Shown one piece after another: positions 17,713 through 28,689 of a stretch of 64,000 bases of DNA (position 1 is its first letter; every line of letters starts with the position of its first letter). The stretch is from Candidatus Latescibacterota bacterium (GTDB lineage Bacteria > Latescibacterota > UBA2968 > UBA8231), in assembly GCA_965221775.1 (NCBI GenBank), contig CBDCSU010000004.1:1-64000 (forward strand). The letters are read 5' to 3'. The notes beneath the pieces were generated by a model, which searched no databases, had not been told where the DNA came from, and worked only from the letters and a program-made list of their open reading frames with translations. Both the position numbers and the translations under genes were made by a program.

Positions 17713-19140
17713 GTGCGCAACCGCCTCTACGGCCTGGAGATCGAGTACGGCTGCATGCCGCCCGACTCCGATCCCTTCCTCAGCCCCGACTACATCTCGG
17801 TGAAGACCAAGGACTGCGTGTTCTACCGCGAGCAGCTGGGCATCGTCGACATCCACTACCGGGGGCGCGACGAGCCGCCCGGCAACGGCGGCTTCCTGTT
17901 CAACGGCGGCCGCGTCTACATCGACATGGGGCACGTGGAGTACGCCACGCCCGAGTGCCGCGGCCTCTTCGACCTGGTCGCCTCGGACCGCGCCGGCGAG
18001 GTGATCCTGCAGCGCGCCCTCGACCAGCTCGGACTGGCGGAGGAGGCGGGGTTCTTCAAGAACAACATCGACCACTACACGGGCGCCACCTTCGGCTGCC
18101 ACGAGAACTACCTGGTGCGCCGCGACGTGCCGTTCTCGCAGGTCCTGCTGCCGGCGATCCTGCCGTTCTTCGTGAGCCGGCAGATCTACGCCGGCGCCGG
18201 CCGCGTCGGCTGCCACACCGACATCTTCGAGTACGGCACCGGCGAGGAGGGCGACGTCCCCTACCAGATCTCCCAGCGCGCCGACCACATCGTCACCGAG
18301 ATCTACCAGTGGATCCAGTTCAGCCGCGCCATCATCAACACCCGCGACGAGCCGCTGGCCGACTGGGGGCTCTACCGCAGGCTGCACCTGCTGGTGGGCG
18401 ACTCCAACATGTCCGAGTACGCCACGGCCCTGAAGGTGGGCACCACGGCCCTCATGCTGGAGCTCCTCGAGGAGCGCATCGTGCCGGAGGTGAAGATGCT
18501 CGACCCGGTGCAGGCGATCCGCGACATCTCCCGCGACCTGACCTTCAAGTGGGAGGTGCAGCTCGAGGACGGACGCTACACCACCGCCCTGGAGGTGCAG
18601 CGCCAGTACCTGCGGCTGGCCGAGACCTACCTGCGCGGCAAGGACCCCGAAGGCGACTGGGTCCTCGACGAGTGGCGCCTCGTCCTCGACGCCCTCGCCT
18701 GCGACCCCATGGCCCTGATGGACCGCCTCGACTGGGTGACCAAGAAGTGGCTCCTGGAGACCTTCATGAAAGCGGAGGGCAAGGACTGGGACGACCCGTG
18801 GATCCAGTCCCTGGACCTGGAGTACCACAACCTCAACCCGGCCCGCGGCCTCTATCACGACCTGCGCCGGCGGGGGCTGCTGCGCAAGGTGGTCGACGAC
18901 GAGCGCGTGAACCAGGCCATCGTCCGGCCTCCCGAGGACACGCGGGCCCGGGCCCGGTCGAAAGTGATGCGCGCCCTCACCGGCCTGAAGGCGCGCTACG
19001 TCATCGACTGGGACTCGATCTACGTGGAGGACGAGAAGTACCTCAACCTCGACGATCCCTTCCTCTCGTACGAGGCGGAGACCGACGCCTTCATCAAGGA
19101 ATGCGGCCGGGCGCCGGACGTGAGCGGCGCCGGGGCGTGA
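17713..19140 (+). CDS. pafA: Pup/UBact-protein ligase PafA
   Basis: RLYGLEIEYG, PafA-type NGGRVYIDMGHVEYATPEC, FGCHENY, SQRADH, RRLHLLVGDSNMSE. Confidence 0.88.
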   Translation: MRNRLYGLEIEYGCMPPDSDPFLSPDYISVKTKDCVFYREQLGIVDIHYRGRDEPPGNGGFLFNGGRVYIDMGHVEYATPECRGLFDLVASDRAGEVILQRALDQLGLAEEAGFFKNNIDHYTGATFGCHENYLVRRDVPFSQVLLPAILPFFVSRQIYAGAGRVGCHTDIFEYGTGEEGDVPYQISQRADHIVTEIYQWIQFSRAIINTRDEPLADWGLYRRLHLLVGDSNMSEYATALKVGTTALMLELLEERIVPEVKMLDPVQAIRDISRDLTFKWEVQLEDGRYTTALEVQRQYLRLAETYLRGKDPEGDWVLDEWRLVLDALACDPMALMDRLDWVTKKWLLETFMKAEGKDWDDPWIQSLDLEYHNLNPARGLYHDLRRRGLLRKVVDDERVNQAIVRPPEDTRARARSKVMRALTGLKARYVIDWDSIYVEDEKYLNLDDPFLSYEAETDAFIKECGRAPDVSGAGA

Positions 19141-22100
19141 CCCTCCGCCGGTCCACGGCGGTCTGGCCGGTCCTGCTCGGTCTGCTCGCCGCCCCCGCCG
19201 GCGCCTGGCAGGCCGCCGACCCCTCCGCCCGCCCGGCGGGCCCGCCCTCGCCCGAGGCCGCCCGCGGCACCTACAACGCCCTGGTGATCTTCGCCAAGTT
19301 CGCCGGCGAGGCCCCCGGGAACGACCGCAAGCCCTCGTGGGCCGACGACCTCTTCGACGCCAGCCGGCCGGGCAGCCTCACCCACTTCTTCGACGAGATG
19401 TCCGGCGGCCAGCTGCGGCTGTCCGGGGAGGTCCTGCCGCGGCGCTACGAGTCCCTGCGCCCGGCCTCCGCCTACCTGGCCGACAGCTCCGGCACCCTCG
19501 GCGACTTCGGCCGCTTCAACCGGGAGGTCCTGCAGAAGGCCGACGCCGACGTCGACATGGGCGCCTTCGACAACGACGGACCCGACGGCGTGCCCAACTC
19601 CGGCGACGACGACGGCTACGTGGACATCCTCTTCATCAACCTGCACACGGCGCCCGAGAACTTCATCATCACCCGGGCCACGGGCATCGCCAGCCTGGGG
19701 CTGAACGCCGAGTTCCTCTCCGACGACGAGGCCGCCGGCGGCGGCGTCATCCGGGTGCGCGACCGGTTCTCCGGGTTCGCCGGCACCACCCAGCGGGGCC
19801 ACGTCTTCGAGGTCACGGCGGGGATCTTGTGCCACGAGTTCGCCCACCTCCTCGGCCTGCCCGACCTCTTCGACCAGTCCTCGATCTCCGCCACCGGCGA
19901 GCTGGACCCGGCGGAGGAGTCGGCCGGCATCGGCAAGTGGGGCCTCATGGGGCTGGGGATCCTCGGCTGGGGAGAGGAGGACGGCCCCAACGCCTTCTCC
20001 GCCTGGTCCCTGGCGAAGCTCGGCTGGCTCGGACCGGGCAACGAGCGCCTGGTGGAGGTGACCGAGTCGATGCGCGGGGTGGAGCTGGAGTCGATCGACC
20101 GCGGCGGCCGCGTGCTCAAGGTGAGCCTGACGCCGGACGAGTACTTCCTCATCGAGAACCGCCAGGCCCACGGGTTCTACAACCGCAACATCCCGGCGGG
20201 AGGGCTCCTGGTCTGGCACGTGGACGAGCGCGCCGACAACGACGAGGAGCGCCACAAGCAGGTCGACCTGGTGAGCGCCGACGGGCTCTACGCCGACCGC
20301 GGTCACCCGGGGGCCGACCCCGACCCGGTGTCGGGGCGCGACAACCTGGACTTCTGGGCGCGGGACCCCGGCTACGCCGGCGAGCACAACGGCAACCAGG
20401 GCGACGCCACCGACCCCTTCGACGGCGTGCGGTACCGGCGCCTCGCCTTCGACACCAACCCCGGCCTGCGCGGCCACGCCGGCCCCCGCCGCGGCGTTCC
20501 CCTCGGCTTCGTCCTCGACCGGATCACCCCCCTCGAGGACGGCCGCATGGGCCTCGACGTGCTGTTGCGCCAGCCGGTGCCGGGGCTCGTCACGGGGTCG
20601 GAGAGATGGTCGGGGGAGGTCGCCGTGGAGGGCGACATCGTCGTCGAGGCGGGGGCGGTGCTGACCCTGGCCCCCGGCACGAGAGTGAGCTTCGCCGCCG
20701 CCGACAGCCGCGGCACCGGCTTCGACCCGGGCCGCTGCGAGCTCGTCGTCTACGGGGAGTTGGTCGTCGAGGGGGACAGCGCCGAGCCGGTGCGGCTGAC
20801 GCATGCGGAGGGGAGCGGCTGGCTGGGGGTCCTGGTCTTCGGCGGCGGCAGCCCCGGGCTGGAGCCGGCCCGGGACGCCGGGGGACTGGTCCTGGAGGGC
20901 GCGCGCCTCGGCATCGCGCGGGACCGCCTGCCGCCGGGGACGACGCGGTGGCGGGGGAAGCGCTCCATCCCCTGGGACCTGCTGGTGCCGGCCGGCGCGG
21001 TCCTGCGCATCGCCCCCGGCTCGGAGACCCGCTTCGCGCCCGGGGACCTGGGCCTTCGCGGCGCCCTGCCGGAGCACGTGGAACTGGCCGTCGAGGGCCG
21101 CCTGGAGGTGGCCGGCACCGCCGCCGACCCAGCGGTCCTCACCGTCGACTCGGTCCTGCCCGAGGAGCTGTGGGCCGGCCTGCACCTGGCCGCCGGGGGC
21201 GCCGTCGACGCCACCGGCCTCCGCCTCGATCAGGCGATCATCGGGATCGGCGGGGAGATGTCGGCGGAGGGCGGCTTCCACCTGGCCGACGCCAGTCTGG
21301 AGCGGCTGGTGCGGGGCGTCGATCTCGGCCTCTTCGGCATGGCGACGATCGACCGCGCCAGCTTCCGCTCCATCGCCGACCGGGCCGTCTCGGTGCGGGG
21401 GCCGGGCCGCCTGCGGATGCGCAGCAGCGTGGTCGAGGAGAACGGCCGCGAGGGCGTCGTCACCAGCGGCGCCGGCCTTGAGCTGATCGACACGAGGGTG
21501 AGCGGCAACGGCGTCCTCGACAGCGGCGATCCGCGCTCGGGGCTGCTGGCCGAGGGCGGCGTCGACCGGCGTCTCGAGCTGTGGCGGTGCACGGTGGAGG
21601 GGAACGAGCTCCACGGCCTGGAGTTGGACGGCTGGAGGGGGGTGATCGAGCTCCACGGCACCCGCGTCACCGCCAACCGCCGCGACGGCCTGCGCGTCGA
21701 CGGCGCCGAGAGGATGGTCTTCGAGGAGGTGGAGGTCCACCGCAACCGCGGCACCGGCGCCCATCTCGCCTCGACCGCCTCCGAGGTGTGGACCACGGAC
21801 TTCGACACCAACCTCGGCGGCGGCCTGCGCGTGGAGGGAGGCACGGTGGCGGTGGAGATGAGCCACTTCACCGCCAACGGCGCCGTCCTCACCGGGACCG
21901 CCGCCGCCGCGGTCCGTACCAGCGAGTTCGTCAACGCCGCCGTGGGCCTCCACTGCGTCGACTCGGCCCCCGCCGTGGTCAGCAACCGCTTCACCGGCAA
22001 CGTCACGGCCCTGCGCGTCGACGGTCCGGCGGTGCCCGACCCGATCCGGGACAACCACTTCGAGGGCAACAGCCTGGCCCTGGAGAACCGCAGCGACGAG

Positions 22101-22526
22101 GAGCTGGACGCGCGCGGCAACTACTGGGGCACCACCGATCCGGAGGAGATTGCCGGGCAACTCTCCGGGGCCGCGGTCTGGACGCCCTTTCTCTCCGGGG
22201 AGCCGCCGGAGACCTCGGTCGCCGAGGGGGCCGGGGAGACGCCCCGGGAGTTCGTCCTGCGCGACCCCTGGCCCAACCCCTTCAACGCGGCCACCGCCAT
22301 CGCCTTCGACCTGCCCCGGGCGGCGCCGCTGCGCCTGGTGGTGCGCGACGTCCTCGGCCGCCGGGTCCGCACCCTGCGGGACGAGGCCTGGGCCGGGCCG
22401 GGCCGGTTCCGGGTGGTCTGGGACGGCGCCGACGACCAGGGACGGCCGGCGGCCAGCGGCGTCTACCTCGTGCGCCTGACCGCCGGGGCGGACCGGGCCT
22501 CGGGGCGGGTGGTGCTGCTGCGGTAG
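19137..22526 (+). CDS. Secreted M6 (immune inhibitor A-like) metalloprotease with right-handed beta-helix and C-terminal FlgD-Ig domain
   Basis: Signal peptide; HEFAHLLGLPDLFD zinc motif; EYFLIENR, GGLLVWHVD; parallel beta-helix repeats; 'PNPFNA...WDGADDQGRPAASGVYLVRL' C-terminus. Confidence 0.88.
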   Translation: MTLRRSTAVWPVLLGLLAAPAGAWQAADPSARPAGPPSPEAARGTYNALVIFAKFAGEAPGNDRKPSWADDLFDASRPGSLTHFFDEMSGGQLRLSGEVLPRRYESLRPASAYLADSSGTLGDFGRFNREVLQKADADVDMGAFDNDGPDGVPNSGDDDGYVDILFINLHTAPENFIITRATGIASLGLNAEFLSDDEAAGGGVIRVRDRFSGFAGTTQRGHVFEVTAGILCHEFAHLLGLPDLFDQSSISATGELDPAEESAGIGKWGLMGLGILGWGEEDGPNAFSAWSLAKLGWLGPGNERLVEVTESMRGVELESIDRGGRVLKVSLTPDEYFLIENRQAHGFYNRNIPAGGLLVWHVDERADNDEERHKQVDLVSADGLYADRGHPGADPDPVSGRDNLDFWARDPGYAGEHNGNQGDATDPFDGVRYRRLAFDTNPGLRGHAGPRRGVPLGFVLDRITPLEDGRMGLDVLLRQPVPGLVTGSERWSGEVAVEGDIVVEAGAVLTLAPGTRVSFAAADSRGTGFDPGRCELVVYGELVVEGDSAEPVRLTHAEGSGWLGVLVFGGGSPGLEPARDAGGLVLEGARLGIARDRLPPGTTRWRGKRSIPWDLLVPAGAVLRIAPGSETRFAPGDLGLRGALPEHVELAVEGRLEVAGTAADPAVLTVDSVLPEELWAGLHLAAGGAVDATGLRLDQAIIGIGGEMSAEGGFHLADASLERLVRGVDLGLFGMATIDRASFRSIADRAVSVRGPGRLRMRSSVVEENGREGVVTSGAGLELIDTRVSGNGVLDSGDPRSGLLAEGGVDRRLELWRCTVEGNELHGLELDGWRGVIELHGTRVTANRRDGLRVDGAERMVFEEVEVHRNRGTGAHLASTASEVWTTDFDTNLGGGLRVEGGTVAVEMSHFTANGAVLTGTAAAAVRTSEFVNAAVGLHCVDSAPAVVSNRFTGNVTALRVDGPAVPDPIRDNHFEGNSLALENRSDEELDARGNYWGTTDPEEIAGQLSGAAVWTPFLSGEPPETSVAEGAGETPREFVLRDPWPNPFNAATAIAFDLPRAAPLRLVVRDVLGRRVRTLRDEAWAGPGRFRVVWDGADDQGRPAASGVYLVRLTAGADRASGRVVLLR

Positions 22527-22598
22527 GGTGGGGTCCGGGGCGGCCGCCGGGCGCGCGGCTCCCGCTCGGGTCCGCCGAATCCCGCCCCGGTGGCCGGC

Positions 22599-24023
22599 TC
22601 AGGGCAGCAGGCGCTCGCGCAGCAGCTCCTGCACCCGCCGCGGGTTGGCGCGGCCCCTCGTGGCGCGCATGACCTGGCCCACGAGGAAGCCGATCGGCTT
22701 CGGGTCGCCGGCCCGCACTTTCTCCGCGGCGTCGGGCTGAGCGGCGATCACGGCGTCGACCTGCGACTCCAGCTCGCCGGTGTCGGAGACCTGCTGCAGG
22801 CCCCGCTCCTCGACGATCGCCGCCGGCGAGCCGCCGCTCTCGGCCATGGCGTTGAAGACCTCCTTGGCGGCGGGGCCGCTCACCGTGCCGGCCGCGGCCA
22901 GGGCGATCAGCTCGGCCAGCTGCGGCGGCTTCACCTTCAGCGCCTCGACCTCGCCGCCGCTCTCGTTGAGGAGGCGGAAGATCTCGCCGGTGACCCAGTT
23001 GGCCGCGGTCCGGGCCTCGGCCCCGGCGGCCACGACCTGCTCGAAGTAGGCGGCCACGGCGCCGTCCTCGGCCAGCTGCGCCGCTTCGCCGGGGGCCAGG
23101 CCGAGGCCGGCGAAGGCCGCCGCCTTGGCGTCGGGCAGCTCGGGCATGCGGGCCCGGACTTCGTCGATCCAGGCCTCCGAGAGATCGACCTCGAGCAGGT
23201 CGGGCTCGGGGAAGTAGCGGTAGTCGTCGGCCTCCTCCTTGGAGCGCTGCTCCCGCGTCACCTCGGCCGACTCGTCCCACCCCATCGTCACCTGGCGCAC
23301 CTGCCCGCCCGCCTCCAGCACCTCGATCTGGCGCTCGACCTCGTAGTCGATGGCGTTCCGCACCGAGCGGAAGCTGTTCAGGTTCTTCACCTCCACCTTG
23401 GTGCCGAGGGTTTCCGAACCCTCCGGGCGCACCGAGATGTTGGCCTCGCAGCGCAGGGCCCCCTTCTCCATGTCGCCGCTGGAGGCGCCGAGCCAGCGGA
23501 CGATCTGGCGGATCTTCTGCACGCAGGCGCCGGCCTCGGCGGCGGAGCGGATCGAGGCGTCGGTGACGATCTCCATGAGGGGCACGCCGGCGCGGTTGAG
23601 GTCGACGTGGCTGGACCCGCCCTCGTGGAGGAGCTTGCCCGTGTCCTCCTCGAGGTGGACGCGGACGATGCCCACGCGCCGGCTCACCCCGTCGGCGGAG
23701 ATCTCGATGTGGCCCGCCTCGCACAGGGGGCGCTCGTACTGGGAGATCTGGTAGCCCTTGGGCAGGTCGGGGTAGGTGTAGTTCTTGCGGGCGAAGACCG
23801 AGCGCGGGCGGATGCGGCAGCCCAGGGCCAGGCCGGTCATCACCGTGAGCTCCACGGCGCGGCCGTTGATCACGGGGAGGGCCCCCGGCTGGGCGGTGCA
23901 CACGGGGCAGACGTGCCGGTTGGGGGGCACCTGGAAGTGCTCGGCGGGGCAGGAGCAGAACATCTTCGACGCCGTGCCCAGCTCCACGTGGACCTCCATG
24001 CCGATGACGGTCTCGTAGCTCAC
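22599..24023 (-). CDS. gatB: Asp/Glu-tRNA amidotransferase subunit B
   Basis: [59 protein letters not shown]. Confidence 0.97.
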   Translation of the reverse strand: MSYETVIGMEVHVELGTASKMFCSCPAEHFQVPPNRHVCPVCTAQPGALPVINGRAVELTVMTGLALGCRIRPRSVFARKNYTYPDLPKGYQISQYERPLCEAGHIEISADGVSRRVGIVRVHLEEDTGKLLHEGGSSHVDLNRAGVPLMEIVTDASIRSAAEAGACVQKIRQIVRWLGASSGDMEKGALRCEANISVRPEGSETLGTKVEVKNLNSFRSVRNAIDYEVERQIEVLEAGGQVRQVTMGWDESAEVTREQRSKEEADDYRYFPEPDLLEVDLSEAWIDEVRARMPELPDAKAAAFAGLGLAPGEAAQLAEDGAVAAYFEQVVAAGAEARTAANWVTGEIFRLLNESGGEVEALKVKPPQLAELIALAAAGTVSGPAAKEVFNAMAESGGSPAAIVEERGLQQVSDTGELESQVDAVIAAQPDAAEKVRAGDPKPIGFLVGQVMRATRGRANPRRVQELLRERLLP

Positions 24024-25930
24024 GACGGGTCTCCATGGAGGAGCACGTGGCGGCGCAGAAAAGCCTCGGTGGCGCGCAGGCAGTGGCGCCTGTTCCCGGG
24101 CCGGCGGAAGCCGTGGCCCTCGCCCTCGTAGACGTGGTACTCGTGGGGCACGCCCCGCCGCCGCAGGGAGTCGACGATGGCGTCGGACTGGTTCCGGGGC
24201 ACGACCCGGTCCTCGTCGCCCTGGAAGAGGATCACCGGGTCGCGAATCGCCTCGGCGGCGAACAGGGGGGAGCGCTCGCGGTAGAGGCCGGCCGCCTCCG
24301 GCAGGGGGCCGAGGAGGGAGTCGGTGTAGCGGGACTCGAACTTGTGGGTCTCGCCGGCCAGGGCCAGCAGGTCGGAGATGCCGTAGCGGCAGACACCGGC
24401 GGCGAAGAACCCGGGGTGCAGGGTGAGGGCGCGCAGGACGGTGTAGCCGCCGGCGCTGCCCCCGGAGACGGCGAGGCGCCGCGGGTCGGCCAGCCCTTCT
24501 CCGGCCAGGTGGCGGGCCCCGGCCACGGCGTCCTCCACGTCGAGGACGCCCCACCCGCCGCGGAGGGCGGTCATGTAGGCCCGCCCGTAGCCGGTGCTTC
24601 CCCGGTAGTTGAGGAGCAGCACCGCCCAGCCCCGCGTGGCGTAGTACTGGGCCTCCGGCTGGTAGCCGAGGTCCGCCTGGGCCGTGGGGCCGCCGTGGAC
24701 GTCGACGATCAGCGGCGGCGGGCCCGTCCCCTCGAAGCGCCGGCTCGCCGGCGGGTAGTAGAGGCCGTGGACCTCGGCGCCGTCGGCAGCGGCCCAGCGC
24801 GCCGGCAGGGGGGTGGAGAGGTCGGCCGCCTCCAGGCGCTCGGCCGAGGACCGCGCCTGCACGGTGATCTCCCAACCGGAGCCCCGGCGGCGGGCGCTGC
24901 AGATGCGCTGCGGCTGCCGCGGAGAGGAGGCCGCCACGGCGACTAGGTCGCCACGGGGGGCGGCGGCCACGTGGGTGACGCTGGCGCAGCCGGCCAGGGG
25001 CTCGAAGAGCTGCGGGCGGCCGCCGGGCAGGTCGCAGGCGAAGAGGCTCCTGCGGCCGAGATGGGAGCGCGTGAACCAGAGGCGCCGGCCGTCGCCGGAG
25101 AACGCCAGCACCCGCACCCCCTGGACCCACGCCGGCAGGGCCACGTCGCCGGCGTCGTCGGGCGTCAGGCAGGTCCTGTCGCCGGAGGCGAGATCCTGGA
25201 GCCAGAGCTGGCTGAAGCCGCCCTCGTCGCCGGCCCAGGCGAGCCAGCGGCCGTCGGGGGAGAACTCGGGCTGGCAGACCGCGTGCCCGTCGCCGCCGGC
25301 GATCCGCCGGCGATCGGCCAGGACCGGCGCCGCGCCCGCCGGGAAGCGCAGCCGCCCGACGACGAGGCGGCTCGAGTCCCAGGGCATCTCCGGCAGGTCG
25401 TACTCCACCCAGGCCAGCTGCCGGCCGCGGGGGTGCCAGGCCGGCTGCATGTAGAAGTCGGCGCCCTCCACCAGGGACTGGGGCCAGTTGCGGCCCCCGG
25501 CGTCGACCACGGCGAGGCGGTCGGTGGCGCCGTCGCCGTGGACGTAGGCGATCCAGCGGCCGTCGGGGGAGGGGGCGGGGGCCGCGGGGTGGCCGAAGGC
25601 GGGCGTCAGCCGGCTGACGCCGCCGCCGTCGAGGGGGACCGCGCTCAGGTGGTCCCCGTCCTCGACGAAGACCACCCGGCCGCGGGCGACGGCGAACTCG
25701 CCGCCGCCGTAGAACACCCGGGCCCGCACCGCATGGCCGCGGGTCAGCTCGACAGGGGCGGCCTCCCCCTGGCGGCGGCAGAGGATGACGGACTCGTCTC
25801 CGCGCCGCTCGAGCCACGCCAGGGTGCGGCCGTCGCTGTCGAAGGCGGGCGCGGACAGCCCGGTGCCGCCGGCGTCGTCCGCCGAGACCGGGCTGTCCCA
25901 CAGCCCGAAGGGCCGGGACTCCCGGCTCAA
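24020..25930 (-). CDS. S9 family (prolyl oligopeptidase-like) peptidase
   Basis: [22 protein letters not shown] nucleophile, [16 protein letters not shown]. Confidence 0.93.
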   Translation of the reverse strand: MSRESRPFGLWDSPVSADDAGGTGLSAPAFDSDGRTLAWLERRGDESVILCRRQGEAAPVELTRGHAVRARVFYGGGEFAVARGRVVFVEDGDHLSAVPLDGGGVSRLTPAFGHPAAPAPSPDGRWIAYVHGDGATDRLAVVDAGGRNWPQSLVEGADFYMQPAWHPRGRQLAWVEYDLPEMPWDSSRLVVGRLRFPAGAAPVLADRRRIAGGDGHAVCQPEFSPDGRWLAWAGDEGGFSQLWLQDLASGDRTCLTPDDAGDVALPAWVQGVRVLAFSGDGRRLWFTRSHLGRRSLFACDLPGGRPQLFEPLAGCASVTHVAAAPRGDLVAVAASSPRQPQRICSARRRGSGWEITVQARSSAERLEAADLSTPLPARWAAADGAEVHGLYYPPASRRFEGTGPPPLIVDVHGGPTAQADLGYQPEAQYYATRGWAVLLLNYRGSTGYGRAYMTALRGGWGVLDVEDAVAGARHLAGEGLADPRRLAVSGGSAGGYTVLRALTLHPGFFAAGVCRYGISDLLALAGETHKFESRYTDSLLGPLPEAAGLYRERSPLFAAEAIRDPVILFQGDEDRVVPRNQSDAIVDSLRRRGVPHEYHVYEGEGHGFRRPGNRRHCLRATEAFLRRHVLLHGDPS

Positions 25931-26304
25931 GCCTTCTCCATCAACTCGATCTTCACGTGGTCGGGCCCGTCGATGAAGACGATGCGCTGCGTCGTTCCCG
26001 GCACCTCGATGGGGCCGAACCAGATGTGGACGCCCTCGTTCTCGCAGTGGGCCAAGGTGGCGTCGAAGTCGTCGGTGGTGAAGGCGAAGTGGTCGACGCC
26101 CTGGTAGCGCCCCAGCTCCATCTTCGCGAACTCGCGGTCGGTGACCGTGATCTGGGTCTCGCCGACGTGGACCTCCACCCAGGTGGCGCCGGCGCGCTCG
26201 AAGGGCTCGCCGGCGGTGGCGCCGAAGACGCGCTGGTAGAAGTCCACGGCTGCGGCCACGTTTTCGGCCTCGTGGTGGATGTGGTTGAAGGTGTAGCTGG
26301 GCAC
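25927..26304 (-). CDS. VOC (glyoxalase) family protein
   Basis: [35 protein letters not shown]. Confidence 0.88.
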   Translation of the reverse strand: MPSYTFNHIHHEAENVAAAVDFYQRVFGATAGEPFERAGATWVEVHVGETQITVTDREFAKMELGRYQGVDHFAFTTDDFDATLAHCENEGVHIWFGPIEVPGTTQRIVFIDGPDHVKIELMEKA

Positions 26305-26415
26305 GGTGCTCTCCCTTCCCTGAAGGTTTGGAGTGAAATCCGGCGGGTCCGCCGCTTCCGGGGCGACAACTAGAGCGATGGTCCGGGCGCCGGCAACCGC
26401 TATCTTTGCGCGGAG

Positions 26416-26982
26416 ATGAGCCCCTCCGCCAGATCCCGCGGCGTTGCCCCCGACCCGGAGTGGGAGAACTACTTCTCCCGGAAGGCGGAGCGCGCCGAGT
26501 CCCTCGAGGCGCTCCTGGGCCGGGTCCCCGCCTTCGCCGGGCTGGAGCCGGGGGAGCTGGCCACCCTGGCGCGGCAGGTCCACCTGCGCACCTTCGCCCA
26601 CGGCGAGGTCGTGCTCCGCCAGGGGGCCCCCCGGTCCGGCTTCTACGTGATCCGCAGCGGCGCCGTCCACCTCATCGGCCAGGACCCGGGGGGCGTGGAG
26701 ATCACCGACACCCTCGTTCCTCCCGCCATCATCGGCCGCTTCGCCCTCCTCGACGAGTCCCCGGCCCCCGCCACCTTCACCGCCGCCGAGAGGAGCGAGC
26801 TGGTCGGCTTCTTCCGCCCCGACCTGATGGACATCGCCGCCACCGACCCCGGCCTGGGGTGCCGGATCCTGCTGCGCCTGGGGCAGGAGATGACGGCGGC
26901 CCTCAACAGGGACTACGCGAGCCTCGAGGCCCTGGGATGGCCCTTCGAGGACGGGGGAGAGGGCCCCGCCTCTAGGATCTGA
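26416..26982 (+). CDS. Cyclic nucleotide-binding domain protein
   Basis: PAFAGL, GEVVLRQG, FYVIRSGAV; phosphate-binding cassette degenerate (GRFALL...PAPATF). Confidence 0.8.
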   Translation: MSPSARSRGVAPDPEWENYFSRKAERAESLEALLGRVPAFAGLEPGELATLARQVHLRTFAHGEVVLRQGAPRSGFYVIRSGAVHLIGQDPGGVEITDTLVPPAIIGRFALLDESPAPATFTAAERSELVGFFRPDLMDIAATDPGLGCRILLRLGQEMTAALNRDYASLEALGWPFEDGGEGPASRI

Positions 26983-27799
26983 CCGAAGCGTCCAGGATCC
27001 CCTTCAGGTACTTCAGGCTGCCCGCCGCGATCGTCCTCGGGTCGGGGGCGAAGTCGAAGACCTCCACCGACACGTAGCGCTGGTAGCCGGTCTCCCGCAG
27101 GGCGGCCAGGACGGAGGCGAAATCGGTCTCCCCGAAGCCGGGGCCGCGCTTGTTGGCGTCGTTCACGTGCACGTGGTAGAGATGCTCGCCCGAGTCGCGC
27201 ACCTGCTGCGCCACGGGGACCGGGTCGGTGGAGCCGGAGCAGACGTCGACCATGGTCCGGAAGTTGGGGTGGCCGATCTCGGCCACCATGCGCCGCGCCT
27301 CCTCGGCGGTGGTGATGAAGTTGGTCAGCTCGGGGCTGAGGGGCTCGATGCACAGGTACACGCCCTGCTCCTCGGCCAGGGGCAGACAGTCCTCGAAGAC
27401 CGCTTTCGTGCGCTCCCAGGTCTCGTCGAAGTCCCAGCCCTCCTGCACGTTGCGCTGCTTCGGCGAGCCGATGATCATGACCTCGCCGCCGATGTCGCCG
27501 CAGAAGCGGATGAGGGACTTGAAGTAGTCGCGGGTGCGGTTGCGGATGGCGTCGTCGGCGTGGTTGGTGTACAACCCCTCCGGGCGGATGAGCAGCCAGT
27601 GGAGGCCGACGATCTCGACGCCGGCGCTCAGGGCCGCGGCGCGGATCTCGTGGCGGCGGCGCTCGGGGATGTCGTCCACCGAGTCGGCGAGGGTGAAGGG
27701 GGAGATCTCGACGCCGTCGTAGCCCACCTCGGCGGCGTAGTCGAAGACCTCCTCCACGGCCCATCCCTCGAAGTACTCGTTGCAGGTGCCGAACTTCAT
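26972..27799 (-). CDS. Sugar phosphate isomerase/epimerase (tagatose 3-epimerase-like)
   Basis: GYDGVEISP, CIEPL, HVHVNDANKRGPGFG, VSVEVF. Confidence 0.88.
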   Translation of the reverse strand: MKFGTCNEYFEGWAVEEVFDYAAEVGYDGVEISPFTLADSVDDIPERRRHEIRAAALSAGVEIVGLHWLLIRPEGLYTNHADDAIRNRTRDYFKSLIRFCGDIGGEVMIIGSPKQRNVQEGWDFDETWERTKAVFEDCLPLAEEQGVYLCIEPLSPELTNFITTAEEARRMVAEIGHPNFRTMVDVCSGSTDPVPVAQQVRDSGEHLYHVHVNDANKRGPGFGETDFASVLAALRETGYQRYVSVEVFDFAPDPRTIAAGSLKYLKGILDASVRS

Positions 27800-27863
27800 T
27801 CGATCCTCTCTTGATGGTGGGAGCGCCTCGGGGCGGGGAAGATAGGTCCCGCTGCCGGCGGCG

Positions 27864-28682
27864 TCAGCGCCGGCTCAGGTCGTCGCCGAGGTCGGTGTAG
27901 TCGAAGCGCCCCTTCTCGGCGCAGACGGCGACCACCAGCAGCTCGAGACTCTCCCCGGTGTGGTTGTAGAGGCCGTGGCTGCCCCCGAGCCGGCTGGGGA
28001 TCGCGTCCCACTGCGCCACCTCCCGCGTCTCGTCGTCCACGGTCATCCGGCCGCGGCCCTCGATGACGATGTAGACCTCCTCCACGCCTTCGTGGCGGTG
28101 GTAGCCGAGGGAGGTGTCCGGCGGCATCAGGCAGTGGGCCAGAAAGTGGAAGTTGCTGCGGAAGTCCTCCGGCCCCCAGAGGGTGCGGACGCCGACCTCG
28201 CCGCGGCCGCCGTGGCAGCGGACGTACTTCAGGGCCGCCCGGTCGAGCCGGGCCACCGGCAGGCGGTCGGTCGACTCCAGCTCCGCACCCGAGCAGTCGT
28301 CGCCGAGGTCCGTCGACTTCGGCTCGCCCCCGGGCACCACGCAGTGGACGTTGAACCAGCGGGTCTCGCGGTCGGTGTGGTTGTAGATGGCGTGGGTCTC
28401 GCCGCTGCGCAGGGGCACGGCGGCGCCGCCCTCGACCGCGGCGGTGCGCCCGTTGTGGGTGAACTGCGAGGCGTTGTCGACGGTGATGAAGATCTCCTCG
28501 CTGTCGTCGTGGCGGTGGAGGCCGATGCCGCCGCCCGGCAGGAGGATGGCGCCGTGGACGAAGGTGAAGGGGGTCTCGAAGTCGTCGCGCTCCCAGAGTC
28601 GGCCGAAGAGGATGGGTCCGGCGCCGCCGTGGACGCCGCTCAGCTCCTCCAGGCTCCCGCGGCCGGCTGTCGCTACGCGCAT
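27864..28682 (-). CDS. Bicupin domain protein
   Basis: Two cupin motifs: IGLHRHDDSEE...HAIYN and LGYHRHEGVEE...HGLYN. Confidence 0.85.
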   Translation of the reverse strand: MRVATAGRGSLEELSGVHGGAGPILFGRLWERDDFETPFTFVHGAILLPGGGIGLHRHDDSEEIFITVDNASQFTHNGRTAAVEGGAAVPLRSGETHAIYNHTDRETRWFNVHCVVPGGEPKSTDLGDDCSGAELESTDRLPVARLDRAALKYVRCHGGRGEVGVRTLWGPEDFRSNFHFLAHCLMPPDTSLGYHRHEGVEEVYIVIEGRGRMTVDDETREVAQWDAIPSRLGGSHGLYNHTGESLELLVVAVCAEKGRFDYTDLGDDLSRR

Positions 28683-28689
28683 GGCGGCC

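Noticed and set aside
26399-26411. GCTATCTTTGCGC, repeated near 36982, resembling the Bacteroidota TAnnTTTG promoter
   Set aside because: Equally explained as an ordinary TATCTT -10 box; other promoters here are TTGAC/TAnnnT type.
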